Below are positions 42,207-51,612 of a stretch of 64,000 bases of DNA, piece after piece; the stretch's first letter is position 1, and each line of letters begins with the position of its first letter. The translations under genes were made by a program, and so were the position numbers. Location: the IMG/VR virus record IMGVR_UViG_3300025858_000010, positions 32,001 to 96,000 of that record; one strand, written 5' to 3'. The notes below the pieces were generated by a model, which was not told the DNA's origin, ran no database searches, and worked only from the letters and a program-made list of their open reading frames with translations. Source of the stretch: a virus. Taxonomy: Duplodnaviria; Caudoviricetes.

Positions 42207-44504
42207 TTACTTTTCCGTATAAGGATAAACATTTTGAGCGTTTGCTGCAAATCTTTTATTTCCTTCATCGAATTGTATAGAATATTTGCCATCTGGTCTA
42301 ACTCCTATAAATATTCCTTTTTTATTATCATATACAGATTTATCTTTTTTGTATATTATTTTATCTCCTTCTTTAAATTTTGATTCTATTTTTTTAATTT
42401 CGGTTGTTTCACTTCCTTCTTTTTTTTTCATATATGGATTTTTCCAATTATTATCGCCGTTTGTCAAATAATTTTGTGTAGAAACCAAATGAAATGTGTC
42501 AAAATGATCTAATGCGTTTATACCTTGTTGATATTTTTTATCAGTATGAAGAGCACATATCATATTACTTCTATAACTATTTCCCTCTCTCGTTATCCAT
42601 CCTTCGTTAGCTGCATACATTTGAAATAAATCTCTATCTTTGTCATATCTTGTATAAACATAATCCATAAACGTTCCATCTTCAGGAACAGCCAATCTCC
42701 AAACTAAAGCTCTACCTAGAAGTTTTTTCCCATCATCGTTCAATAAAACCAACATTTGAATGACGTCTGGATTATCAACAAACATTTGCATCTCTGGGGC
42801 TTTATTTGTTCCTCTCATACAAGAACTATTTAACATTCCTCCTCCCTGAACGTAATTAGCGCCATTATACCAGTATCGTATATCTTCGCCCGATACAAGT
42901 TTTAATTTATCTGATATTCCTTTTATACACAAATCATAAGTGGCTTTATATGCGTTGGTCAGAGATTCTACATCTTTATCCGTGAGTTTTTCATTTACTA
43001 TTCTAAAAAATTTACCAATTTTCATCATTTGTCTAAATCTGGATTTGAATGGATTTTCTTTATCATCCAATCTTTTAAATTTATCTAATGGGATGTAACT
43101 GATCATTTCGTTTGTATCTGTAATATCGAAATATGATAAATTCATTAATGCAGACTTTATTTTTAAATTTAATCTATATAATATCATTGAAAGTCTATCA
43201 CTCGTTATAAATAACATAATTTCTTTATTATCTAATTTTCTTTTTATATCTTCAGATTCTTCTTTTTTAATTATACTAATATTTGCTCTTGGTAGATTAT
43301 AATAATTCTTATTTTTTCCTTGAACATATAATTGTTGACAGAATTTGATCATAAAATTTATTCCGAAATTATCTCTTGGTTTATTTCCGGCTATATTTAC
43401 AATTTCACCGATTTGACCGTCCATATTATCTAACATGAAATTTTGAGATGATTGAGCTATTATATAATCACCAACTTTATAATCATAATTAAATGATTCT
43501 ATATTATCTTTTAATAATTTTAATTCCAACTCGTTTTTCTTTAATTCTTCTTCTGTAGCACTTCTAATTTTATTTTGTGGCACCACATAACCCATAGGAA
43601 CCCCTATCAAATTATTAATGTCGTATAAATTATTATCAAATCTATTTGTAAATTGAACACTATATCTATTATAGATTCCACGTGATATAACTTCCCTAAT
43701 AATTCCAATATTATTTTTAAAATCGACATTATCATAACGTCCTTCTTCTACTACAATAATATCGTTCAACTGAAATGGTTGACCTATTTTATCCAATTCT
43801 TTTTTTACTTTATCTATTTTCTTTTTAAATTTCTCTATTTCTTCAGGTTCGGCATGTCTCATATTCATTTTATTTATAGTTATACCAGCTCCGTTTTTAG
43901 GAAATCCTTCATTATCACTTTTAAAATTTTTATCGGTTTTATCTAAGAATCCCACCCACCATTGATCTGGGCCTACAGGATAATAAGTAATGGCTATTTC
44001 ATCGTCAATGTTAATTAATTTATTATCATATCCAATTTTAATACTACCTATACCAACTATAACATCACCGATTTTATATTTTGTATTCATCCTTATGTCC
44101 TCGTTCTTCTTATTTTCTTCGTGTTTTTTGATAATTTTTTCAAAATATATTGGATCATTAGAGGCAATATTTTTTAAAGGAATATAAAAACAATGTCCTT
44201 TTTTACCAATATCTTTAAATCCAGCGTGAAATTTTTTATTTGGTTCATCAAATTCAATAAGAAAATTACCATATTCTTTCATATCTATTATTGTTCCCGC
44301 TAAATAATCCAGATTAACACCGTCAACTTCACCGTTGGTCATTATTTTATCACCAATTTTAAGATTTTCTCTTTTAATTTCAGCAATAATATTTGATTCG
44401 GTTTTCTTTTTAAACATCCCTATTTCTTCATTAATATAATTAGTCATGAAACCATTATAATTTTTTATCATTTCGTATTCATTCTTATCATTCTTATTTT
44501 TCAT
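42207..44504 (-). CDS. Multi SH3/KOW-like repeat protein with a conserved SCMR/GRALVW domain
   Basis: Five [KQ]xGD.I modules; NSSCMRG..FVDNP..GRALVW..FMDYVY. Confidence 0.6.
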   Translation of the reverse strand: MKNKNDKNEYEMIKNYNGFMTNYINEEIGMFKKKTESNIIAEIKRENLKIGDKIMTNGEVDGVNLDYLAGTIIDMKEYGNFLIEFDEPNKKFHAGFKDIGKKGHCFYIPLKNIASNDPIYFEKIIKKHEENKKNEDIRMNTKYKIGDVIVGIGSIKIGYDNKLINIDDEIAITYYPVGPDQWWVGFLDKTDKNFKSDNEGFPKNGAGITINKMNMRHAEPEEIEKFKKKIDKVKKELDKIGQPFQLNDIIVVEEGRYDNVDFKNNIGIIREVISRGIYNRYSVQFTNRFDNNLYDINNLIGVPMGYVVPQNKIRSATEEELKKNELELKLLKDNIESFNYDYKVGDYIIAQSSQNFMLDNMDGQIGEIVNIAGNKPRDNFGINFMIKFCQQLYVQGKNKNYYNLPRANISIIKKEESEDIKRKLDNKEIMLFITSDRLSMILYRLNLKIKSALMNLSYFDITDTNEMISYIPLDKFKRLDDKENPFKSRFRQMMKIGKFFRIVNEKLTDKDVESLTNAYKATYDLCIKGISDKLKLVSGEDIRYWYNGANYVQGGGMLNSSCMRGTNKAPEMQMFVDNPDVIQMLVLLNDDGKKLLGRALVWRLAVPEDGTFMDYVYTRYDKDRDLFQMYAANEGWITREGNSYRSNMICALHTDKKYQQGINALDHFDTFHLVSTQNYLTNGDNNWKNPYMKKKEGSETTEIKKIESKFKEGDKIIYKKDKSVYDNKKGIFIGVRPDGKYSIQFDEGNKRFAANAQNVYPYTEK

Positions 44505-44591
44505 GAGATTTATTTTTTTTCTTATTTAAATTCAGTTATAAACAAAACATATTTTATGCTATATATATTAAAAAATTAAAACTGTTTTTTA

Positions 44592-44990
44592 ATGAAAGAT
44601 AAATTGATTTTTAACGATAAAATAGAAATAAGAAAATCGAAGTTACATGGTTGGGGTGTTTTTGCTAAAAGCGATATAAAATCAGGCGAGATTTTAGAAG
44701 AAGATTCTTTTTTAATAATTCCGATGTCACAGAACGAATCATCTTCAATTTTTATAGATTATAGATTCAATTTTCCAAGAACAAATTCTAAATGTCAAGT
44801 AATACCATTTGGTTTTTCTTGTTTATATAATCATTCAGAAAAACCAAACGCAGCCTGGGAAACAAATGATGAAAATAATTTATTTATTTTTTCTGCGATT
44901 AGAGACATTAAAAAGGATGAAGAAATATGTATTTATTATGGGGATATTAATTATTGGAATGAAGGAAGATCTCACACAAAAATAATTTAA
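44592..44990 (+). CDS. SET-domain protein
   Basis: HGWGVFA..DI..GE, YNHS..PN, RDIKKDEEI.I.YG. Confidence 0.9.
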   Translation: MKDKLIFNDKIEIRKSKLHGWGVFAKSDIKSGEILEEDSFLIIPMSQNESSSIFIDYRFNFPRTNSKCQVIPFGFSCLYNHSEKPNAAWETNDENNLFIFSAIRDIKKDEEICIYYGDINYWNEGRSHTKII

Positions 44991-45008
44991 TTTTTCGATG
45001 ATATAATT

Positions 45009-47030
45009 TTAAATTTCCCAGTTTTCTTCACCATAAGGATCAATATCCATGTGTTTTAATCTATATTCTTCTTTTTTTTGTTTTATTCTTTTTTGTTCTT
45101 CTTCCCATTTTTCAAATTCATCACCGTCAGCTTTTTTTAAATGATCAAAGCTTATATTATATGATGATCTTGTGTGATCACCATATCCAGTATGTAATTG
45201 AACATTGAATCTATTATCAAATTTAACACAAGCTGAAACATCATCATTAATGCGTGTTATAATACCAATTTCACCTTTAAATAAAATATTGTCCATTCTT
45301 CCATTACATACTACCACATCACCAACATTAAAATAGTCTTTATTTTCGTATATTCTGTTTTCTCTTATCAATAATGAGTCGTCATCTTCCCAAGTTTCTT
45401 CCCCATAAGGGTCAACATCCATATGTTTTAATCTCATTTCCTCTCTAATTTTTTTTCTATATTCTATTTTTTCAGGATCGGTTAATTCTAATAAATAATA
45501 ATAAATATAGTAAGAAGAATTCGTAAAATCGATTCTGTCACAATCCCACAAGTGATTATTGAATCTTTCTGGAAATTTAACTGCCAATAATGGAGAATCA
45601 CTCATTGATAGAATAATACCCACTTCACCATTAAAATAAATATCATCCATTTGTCCGTGGCAAATAACGGAATCACCTATTTGAAAATCATTAATTTCAC
45701 TTTCATTTAAATGTTTGTAGTAATTTGAATTGTAGTCCATATCCCAATCTTCTTCACCGTAAGGATCAATATCCATGTATTTTAATCTCATTTCTTCTCG
45801 TTTCTTTCGTAGTTCAGATATCGGTTTTAATATATTTTTAGAAACAATATATGTATATCCAATACTATGAAATTTGACATCATAATGTATTCCTTTTATA
45901 ACAACTCCATTTACAGTAGAAGATGTATTATTTGAGTGTTTATCGATTATTGTGCCTATTTGACCATTTAGATCAAGACCGCTTTGATTTCCTGTACAAA
46001 TCACTTTATCTCCATTTTTAAAATCATAATCATTTTCGAAGTTCTCATTTAACCAATCTTCTTCGCCATAAGGATCAATATCCATATGTTTTAATCTTAA
46101 TTGTTTTAATCTTTCTTCTTTTCGTTTTTGTTCTTTGGGATCTAATAAATCTAAACAATCTTCTGGAAAGTAATATGAAGATTCATTTAAAAAATAATAA
46201 TTATTATCACGTTTTCTAATAGTGTAACTACGACCAATACAGTCTAACATATTCCGATCCCACCTATTTTTAACAACATGATTTTTTAATTTGTCATTAA
46301 CAACAACCCTATCTCCTATGTTAAATTTATGATTCGAATTTTCGTTAACACTTTCACTTAACCAATCTTCTTCACCATAAGGATCAATATCCATATGTTT
46401 TAATCTCCTTTCCTCTCTAATTTTTTTTCTATATTCTATTTTTTCTGGATCAGCCAATTCTAATAAATGATAATCGATATAGTAAGAAGAATTCGTAATA
46501 TCGATTCCGTTACAGTTCCATAAATGGTTATCAAATCTTTCTGGAAATTTAACTGAAGCATTGAAATGACGCAATGATATAATAATACCTATTTCACCTT
46601 TAAAATAGATATCATCCATTTGTCCGTTACAAATAACAGTATCACCTATTTGAAAATCTTCTATTTTACCTTCATTTAAATAGTGCATTGAATTGTAATC
46701 TTGATCAATCCAGTCTTCTTCACCATAAGGATCAATATCCATATGTTTTAATTTTACTTCTTCTTTTTTAATTTTTGATTCAATTTCTTTGTTTAAATTA
46801 AATAATTTTATTTCATCTTCTACGAACCATATGTTACCACAAAAATATTCAATGACTCTATAATCCGGTAATAAAAAGTTAACTAAACTAACTAAATAAT
46901 AATTTACACCATCGTGTGTATTTATTGTTTTAATTACACCAATTTTATCTACAAGATTTTGTCTTCTATGTCCTTTTTTCACTATAACGACATCGCCAAC
47001 TTTAAAATAATTTGAAAACTTTTTTATCAT
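45009..47030 (-). CDS. Six-module SH3/KOW-like polyprotein, each module ending in a K[HY]MD[IV]DPYGEExW tag
   Basis: Six F.[IVN]GD.V modules, six tags, an [LI]xE after each internal tag. Confidence 0.85.
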   Translation of the reverse strand: MIKKFSNYFKVGDVVIVKKGHRRQNLVDKIGVIKTINTHDGVNYYLVSLVNFLLPDYRVIEYFCGNIWFVEDEIKLFNLNKEIESKIKKEEVKLKHMDIDPYGEEDWIDQDYNSMHYLNEGKIEDFQIGDTVICNGQMDDIYFKGEIGIIISLRHFNASVKFPERFDNHLWNCNGIDITNSSYYIDYHLLELADPEKIEYRKKIREERRLKHMDIDPYGEEDWLSESVNENSNHKFNIGDRVVVNDKLKNHVVKNRWDRNMLDCIGRSYTIRKRDNNYYFLNESSYYFPEDCLDLLDPKEQKRKEERLKQLRLKHMDIDPYGEEDWLNENFENDYDFKNGDKVICTGNQSGLDLNGQIGTIIDKHSNNTSSTVNGVVIKGIHYDVKFHSIGYTYIVSKNILKPISELRKKREEMRLKYMDIDPYGEEDWDMDYNSNYYKHLNESEINDFQIGDSVICHGQMDDIYFNGEVGIILSMSDSPLLAVKFPERFNNHLWDCDRIDFTNSSYYIYYYLLELTDPEKIEYRKKIREEMRLKHMDVDPYGEETWEDDDSLLIRENRIYENKDYFNVGDVVVCNGRMDNILFKGEIGIITRINDDVSACVKFDNRFNVQLHTGYGDHTRSSYNISFDHLKKADGDEFEKWEEEQKRIKQKKEEYRLKHMDIDPYGEENWEI

Positions 47031-47074
47031 AATAGTAATATATATAAAAATTAAAATTTAAAAACACACTTATT

Positions 47075-48139
47075 ATGGAAAAATCTGAAATAAAATTAAT
47101 AAACGGTGATATATCAACATTAATAGAAGATCAATATACTAAAATATTAAGAAGCGAAAATTATAACTTTATATTTAATAAACAAACTGGATTTTTCGTT
47201 CGTTGGGGCAAAACAAAGGAAGATGACGGTGACATAAATCTGGGTCTTCCAGAATTAGTAGACATGGAAATATCCACATCATGTCACGGTATAGATAAAC
47301 CTTGTAAATTTTGTTACAAATCAAATACTCCCAAAGGTGATTATATGTCATTTGAAACTTTTAAGAAAATATTTTCAAAACTCCCACCGAGTATAACACA
47401 ATTGGCTGCCGGTATAGGAGATATTGACGGAAATCCCGATATGTGGAAAATATTTAACTATTGTAGGGAAAATGGAGTTATTCCAAATGTGACTATTAAT
47501 GGAGCTAGAATGACGGATGAATTATTTGATAGATTAGCCTTAATGATGGGAGCTGTTGCTGTATCTTTATATGATAAGGATTTAACTTATACCGCTGTTG
47601 AAGAATTGACAAGAAGAGGATTAAAACAAACAAATATACATTTCCTGTTAAGCGAAGAAACATATGATAAAGCTATAGAAACATTGAATGATATTAAAAT
47701 TGATGATAGATTAAAACATCTTAATGCTATAGTTTTTTTATCTCTTAAAACAAAAGGAAATGCTAAAAACGGTTTCACTCAATTAGGTCAAGAAAAATTC
47801 AATAATATTGTTAAATATTCACTCGATAATAATATATCGATTGGTTTTGATAGTTGTGGAAGTACTAAGTTTTTAAAATCGATTGAAGGACATAACAATT
47901 TTAAACAAATGGAAATGTTAGTAGAAAAATGTGAAGCTTCTCTTTATTCAAGTTATATATCAGTTAGTGGACATTATTACCCTTGTAGTTTTTGTGACGG
48001 TGTAGAAAATTGGGAAGAAGGCATAGACGTTTTAAATTGTGAAGATTTTTTAAAGGATGTTTGGTTTAACGAAAAAACATTAAATTTCAAAAAGAAATTA
48101 TTAAATTGTAATCGAGATTGTCCAGTTTACATAATTTAA
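47075..48139 (+). CDS. Radical SAM protein with SPASM/twitch-like C-terminus
   Basis: CX6CX2C (CHGIDKPCKFC), PNVTING, C.....YI...G..YPCSF..C...C. Confidence 0.85.
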   Translation: MEKSEIKLINGDISTLIEDQYTKILRSENYNFIFNKQTGFFVRWGKTKEDDGDINLGLPELVDMEISTSCHGIDKPCKFCYKSNTPKGDYMSFETFKKIFSKLPPSITQLAAGIGDIDGNPDMWKIFNYCRENGVIPNVTINGARMTDELFDRLALMMGAVAVSLYDKDLTYTAVEELTRRGLKQTNIHFLLSEETYDKAIETLNDIKIDDRLKHLNAIVFLSLKTKGNAKNGFTQLGQEKFNNIVKYSLDNNISIGFDSCGSTKFLKSIEGHNNFKQMEMLVEKCEASLYSSYISVSGHYYPCSFCDGVENWEEGIDVLNCEDFLKDVWFNEKTLNFKKKLLNCNRDCPVYII

Positions 48140-48172
48140 AAATGATAATTAATATATATAATAAAAAAAATC

Positions 48173-48466
48173 ATGATGAAAACTTTTGAAATGTTTAATG
48201 ACAGTACTAAAAAAGCTTATTTAGTCAAATTAACTGACGCTGATGGAGATGTTTGTGCATTCTTAATCGATGAAGAAACCGCTGAAAATATAGACAACGA
48301 TATAGCTGTTAGTATACCAGGAACAAATCAAGTCCTAGACGGTGATTCGGATTCTTACGAAAGATGGTATGCTAAAATCAAAGACATAAATGAAATAATC
48401 GAAAATGCTAAAAATAATGGATATATAGTTGATTTAGATAATGAATTTGATTTTATACATTATTAA
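48173..48466 (+). CDS. Hypothetical protein
   Basis: MMKTFEMF start; TTAATATATA upstream. Confidence 0.6.
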   Translation: MMKTFEMFNDSTKKAYLVKLTDADGDVCAFLIDEETAENIDNDIAVSIPGTNQVLDGDSDSYERWYAKIKDINEIIENAKNNGYIVDLDNEFDFIHY

Positions 48467-48471
48467 AACAA

Positions 48472-48909
48472 ATGATTAAAAATATGAAAATAAGAAATGG
48501 ATTTGTAAGTAACAGTAGTTCGTCTAGTTATATAATTAGAAAAGAAAATTTAACAAATGAACAAATTGATATGATTAAAGATCACATTAATTATTGTTGG
48601 AAATTAATAAACGATGACAATAAAAAAATTGCTTCATTTAGGAAATTTAATGAGGACGATCCATATGGTGAGGAAGAAAACCGGAAAAATGATGAAATAA
48701 ATTATAGTAAAAAAACAACAATTGATAAATTAAAAGAAATGATGGGTGATAATACACCATATAGAATAACAAACACTGATAAATGGGATGTTATAGAAAA
48801 AGATAATGTAATTGAAACCTGTACAGATATGGACAATTTTCCTATGGATTGGTTTTTAACACAAATAGTAAAAGTAGATGAATCTGATATTATTTATAAA
48901 GAATATTAA
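48472..48909 (+). CDS. MKIRNGFVSNSSSSS-family protein with internal FRKFNE-DDPYGEE insert
   Basis: N-terminal KIRNGFVSNSSSSSY motif. Confidence 0.75.
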   Translation: MIKNMKIRNGFVSNSSSSSYIIRKENLTNEQIDMIKDHINYCWKLINDDNKKIASFRKFNEDDPYGEEENRKNDEINYSKKTTIDKLKEMMGDNTPYRITNTDKWDVIEKDNVIETCTDMDNFPMDWFLTQIVKVDESDIIYKEY

Positions 48910-48928
48910 TAAAAAAAAAATTAAAAAT

Positions 48929-49440
48929 ATGAAAATAAGAAACGGTTTCGTGAGTAACAGTACTATTTTTTATGCTTTTTTTTAATTTGTTTATAAGTTC
49001 ATCAATATATTCATAAGGTATAACTATTTTTCCCTTTTTTTATAGTTACTATAACCACCATGTTTTTCTTGATATAATTTTTGAATTTTATTTAAATTTG
49101 AAAAAATAAAATCTTCAACATTAAAATCTTCAGGAATCAATATCACATAAGTATTTATATGGGTGATAGTTACGAATTCTATTACACTATATCCGATATC
49201 ATGTATGATTTATCAATATGTGGAATTGATACTGGTCCAGACGAAGGTATTATAACTTTTGTCAAAGAAAGAGATTTATTAAGAAAAATTAGAAATATTA
49301 AACAATTACCGGCTAATGATATAGATGAATTAAGAGAGAAAATGAAAAAAGAAAAAGAGGAATACGTTAGAAAAAAAGAAGAAAAAAGATCACATATCAA
49401 AAAAATAGACCCATACGAAGAGGAAGATTGGGAAAAATAA
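48929..49440 (+). pseudogene. Second MKIRNGFVSNS-family gene disrupted by an internal inversion (48961..49153)
   Basis: MKIRNGFVSNST + reverse-complement YVILIPEDFNVE... + IYMGDSYEF...KIDPYEEEDWEK*. Confidence 0.75.
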
Positions 49441-49495
49441 AATTTCGCTCATGAAAATTATTTACTTTTGTCTAAAACTTAAAGTGTTTAAAAGA

Positions 49496-49523
49496 AAATA
49501 CCACCATTGATGGGTGGTATTTT
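49496..49523. terminator. Terminator hairpin between convergent genes
   Basis: AAATACCACC-ATTGATG-GGTGGTATTT. Confidence 0.7.
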
Positions 49524-49580
49524 AAAAAATTAGAATCTTTAGATGAAATAAATATTAAGGAATATATTAAATATGAATAA

Positions 49581-50447
49581 TTATTTGAATCTATCTAATA
49601 TTGGACTTATTATAGGATTTCTTACTATATCTTCTTTACCGAATTCTACAAAACCAATGCCTGCAATGCCTTGCAAATTATCATAGGCATATTTTAATCC
49701 AGATTCTTCTGGATTTTTAAATCTGTCTATTTGATTCAGATCTCCAGATAATATGAACTTTGAATTATATCCAATTCTTGTTAATAATGTTTTAATTCCT
49801 TTGATGGTCAAATTTTGTGTTTCGTCTCCGATAAGAACCGAATCACATATGTTTATGCCCCTCATATAAGACATATATAAAGGTTCTATTATTTTATTTT
49901 CGACTAATTTTTTTCTCGTTTCTTCTCCAATTATTCTATCCATCAAATAATATAAAGAATACAAATAAGGAAAGGTTTTCATATCAAGATCTCCTCTAAG
50001 ATAACCAATAGATTCTTCACTTTCAATTATCGGAGTTATAATATAAATCTTTTCATATCCATTTTTAGAATCCCTTAATAAATCCAGAGCTTTAGCGACT
50101 GACAGATAACTTTTACCTACGCCTGAATCCCCTATACATATTGTGATTTCATTTTCATCTATTGTTTTAATAAACTCTTTTTGTTTTTGATTTTTACATT
50201 TTAAATTAACTCTTTTAAGTAATGTCTCTGTGAACTGTTTTTTAGTGAAAATAACATCATTGGTCATTTTTCTGGTGTTGTAAATAGCTTCAATTACTTC
50301 ATCATCGGCATTGAGTACCGATAACATATTGTTCTTTCGTTTACTCATAATAGTTGATGTTTTTTTGTTCGCAACAAAAAAACCAGACTTATCTCTTGTT
50401 GAAATGTCGTCCGGCTTTTTTTTGTTGAATAAAGTACGTTTAATCAT
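49581..50447 (-). CDS. phoH: PhoH-family ATPase
   Basis: GDSGVGKS, IGYLRG, YMRG, DETQN, LTRIG, GDLNQID, DIVRNP. Confidence 0.93.
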   Translation of the reverse strand: MIKRTLFNKKKPDDISTRDKSGFFVANKKTSTIMSKRKNNMLSVLNADDEVIEAIYNTRKMTNDVIFTKKQFTETLLKRVNLKCKNQKQKEFIKTIDENEITICIGDSGVGKSYLSVAKALDLLRDSKNGYEKIYIITPIIESEESIGYLRGDLDMKTFPYLYSLYYLMDRIIGEETRKKLVENKIIEPLYMSYMRGINICDSVLIGDETQNLTIKGIKTLLTRIGYNSKFILSGDLNQIDRFKNPEESGLKYAYDNLQGIAGIGFVEFGKEDIVRNPIISPILDRFK

Positions 50448-50489
50448 ACGAAATTATATATTAATTTTTTTTTCACTTTTTTTGTTAAA

Positions 50490-51087
50490 ATTGTCTGATT
50501 TTATAAGAAAATTTGGATATAATTCAATAGCCACTGGTCATTATACATTGGTTAAAAAAGAATTAAAAAGAAGAAATATTGATATACCATCTTTTGAATA
50601 TTTTCAAAAATATAATAATTTTAAAAGAAAAAGAGGTGTAGATGAATTATTCATATATGATACTGATACTCATAGAGGATATTTGAAAAAAAGAATTATA
50701 GAAGACGATTTAATAGATTATAAGTGTAAAAATTGTGGAATATCTGGGGAGTGGAATGGAAAAAAATTAATTCTTCAGTTGGAACACATAAACGGTGATG
50801 CGTGTGATAATAGATTAGATAATTTATGCTTTCTTTGTCCTAATTGTCATTCACAAACTGATAGCTATAATAGAAAAAAAATAAATAAAATTAAAAAAAT
50901 AAAATATTGTGAGTGCGGAAAAAAGATATCTAACGGTGCTTTTATGTGTGTTGATTGTAATTCCAAGACTAATAGAGTGGTCGATAGACCAACACACGAA
51001 GATTTAAAAAAAGAAATTGAAGAAACATCGCAAAACAAAGTGGCTAAAAAATATAATGTTTCTTGGAAAACTATAAGAAAGTGTTGA
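50490..51087 (+). CDS. HNH homing endonuclease, apparently 5'-truncated
   Basis: CKNCG, LQLEHINGD..DNRLDNL.FLCPNCHSQT; no credible ATG before SDFIRKFG. Confidence 0.75.
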
Positions 51088-51105
51088 AAAATTATGAAAA
51101 GTTAG

Positions 51106-51179
51106 ACGGATAGATGGGATTCGAACCCATGTTCGTGGAGTTAGAGGCCGCCGCTCTGACCAGACTGAGCTACTATCCG
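51106..51179 (-). tRNA. tRNA with CUA anticodon (amber-suppressor-like), imperfect anticodon stem, no encoded CCA
   Basis: CGGATAG/CTATCCG acceptor, GCTC/GAGC D arm, CT-CTA-AC loop, ATGGG-TTCGAAT-CCCAT T arm. Confidence 0.8.
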
Positions 51180-51199
51180 ATTATTATTAAATTTTTTTT

Positions 51200-51308
51200 A
51201 AAAACCATCTTGATCTTGTTGCCAGTTCCTCGTGCGAAACGAATTCGCTGTCCTATTGGTTCTGTGCTCTCAATTTCAAGCTTTTTGGAACAAGATCAAG
51301 TGGTTTTT
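51200..51308. ncRNA. Candidate structured RNA closed by a ~23-bp terminal stem
   Basis: AAAAACCATCTTGATCTTGTTGCCA pairs with TGGAACAAGATCAAGTGGTTTTT; GC-enriched interior. Confidence 0.5.
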
Positions 51309-51317
51309 CTAATCATT

Positions 51318-51569
51318 TCACAAAGTTAAAAATAAGGCTCCCCCTGATGTAGATATACATCCTTTACATGGTTGTATAATAGAAGATTTATTTTTAATAG
51401 CTAGATCTATTATATCTATTTTTATATTTTTTGGTAAATCTTTTATTGCTTTTTTAACAATAATACTGGTTTTACTTTCTTGACCTGGGCAATTATTTTT
51501 ATCTCTAGCCGAACCAATAAATATAAGTATATTTTTATTATTATAATTTTCTAATTTTTTAATTTTCAT
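51318..51569 (-). pseudogene. 3'-truncated flavodoxin / NADPH-FMN reductase family gene
   Basis: LIFIGSAR...SKT, IIDLA, IQPCKGCISTSGG then abrupt loss of resemblance. Confidence 0.7.
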
Positions 51570-51612
51570 TTATCAACATCATTTTAAATATCTTAATCTT
51601 ATTAAATTCTCT

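Noticed and set aside
45009-47030. CRISPR array or DNA repeat element explaining the recurring CCATAAGGATCAATATCCAT sequence
   Set aside because: Spacing is about 310-370 bp, copies are in frame within a long ORF and vary at synonymous positions; no cas genes
50311-50489. N-terminal part of the predicted HNH ORF
   Set aside because: It overlaps phoH antisense and its promoter; resemblance to HNH proteins begins only near 50490
51106-51179. Pyrrolysine system (tRNA-Pyl plus radical SAM)
   Set aside because: The tRNA has canonical D and T loops unlike tRNA-Pyl, the radical SAMs are not PylB-like, and no PylS/C/D is seen
51114-51329. 71-aa ORF
   Set aside because: It is the antisense reading of the tRNA and the adjacent structured element
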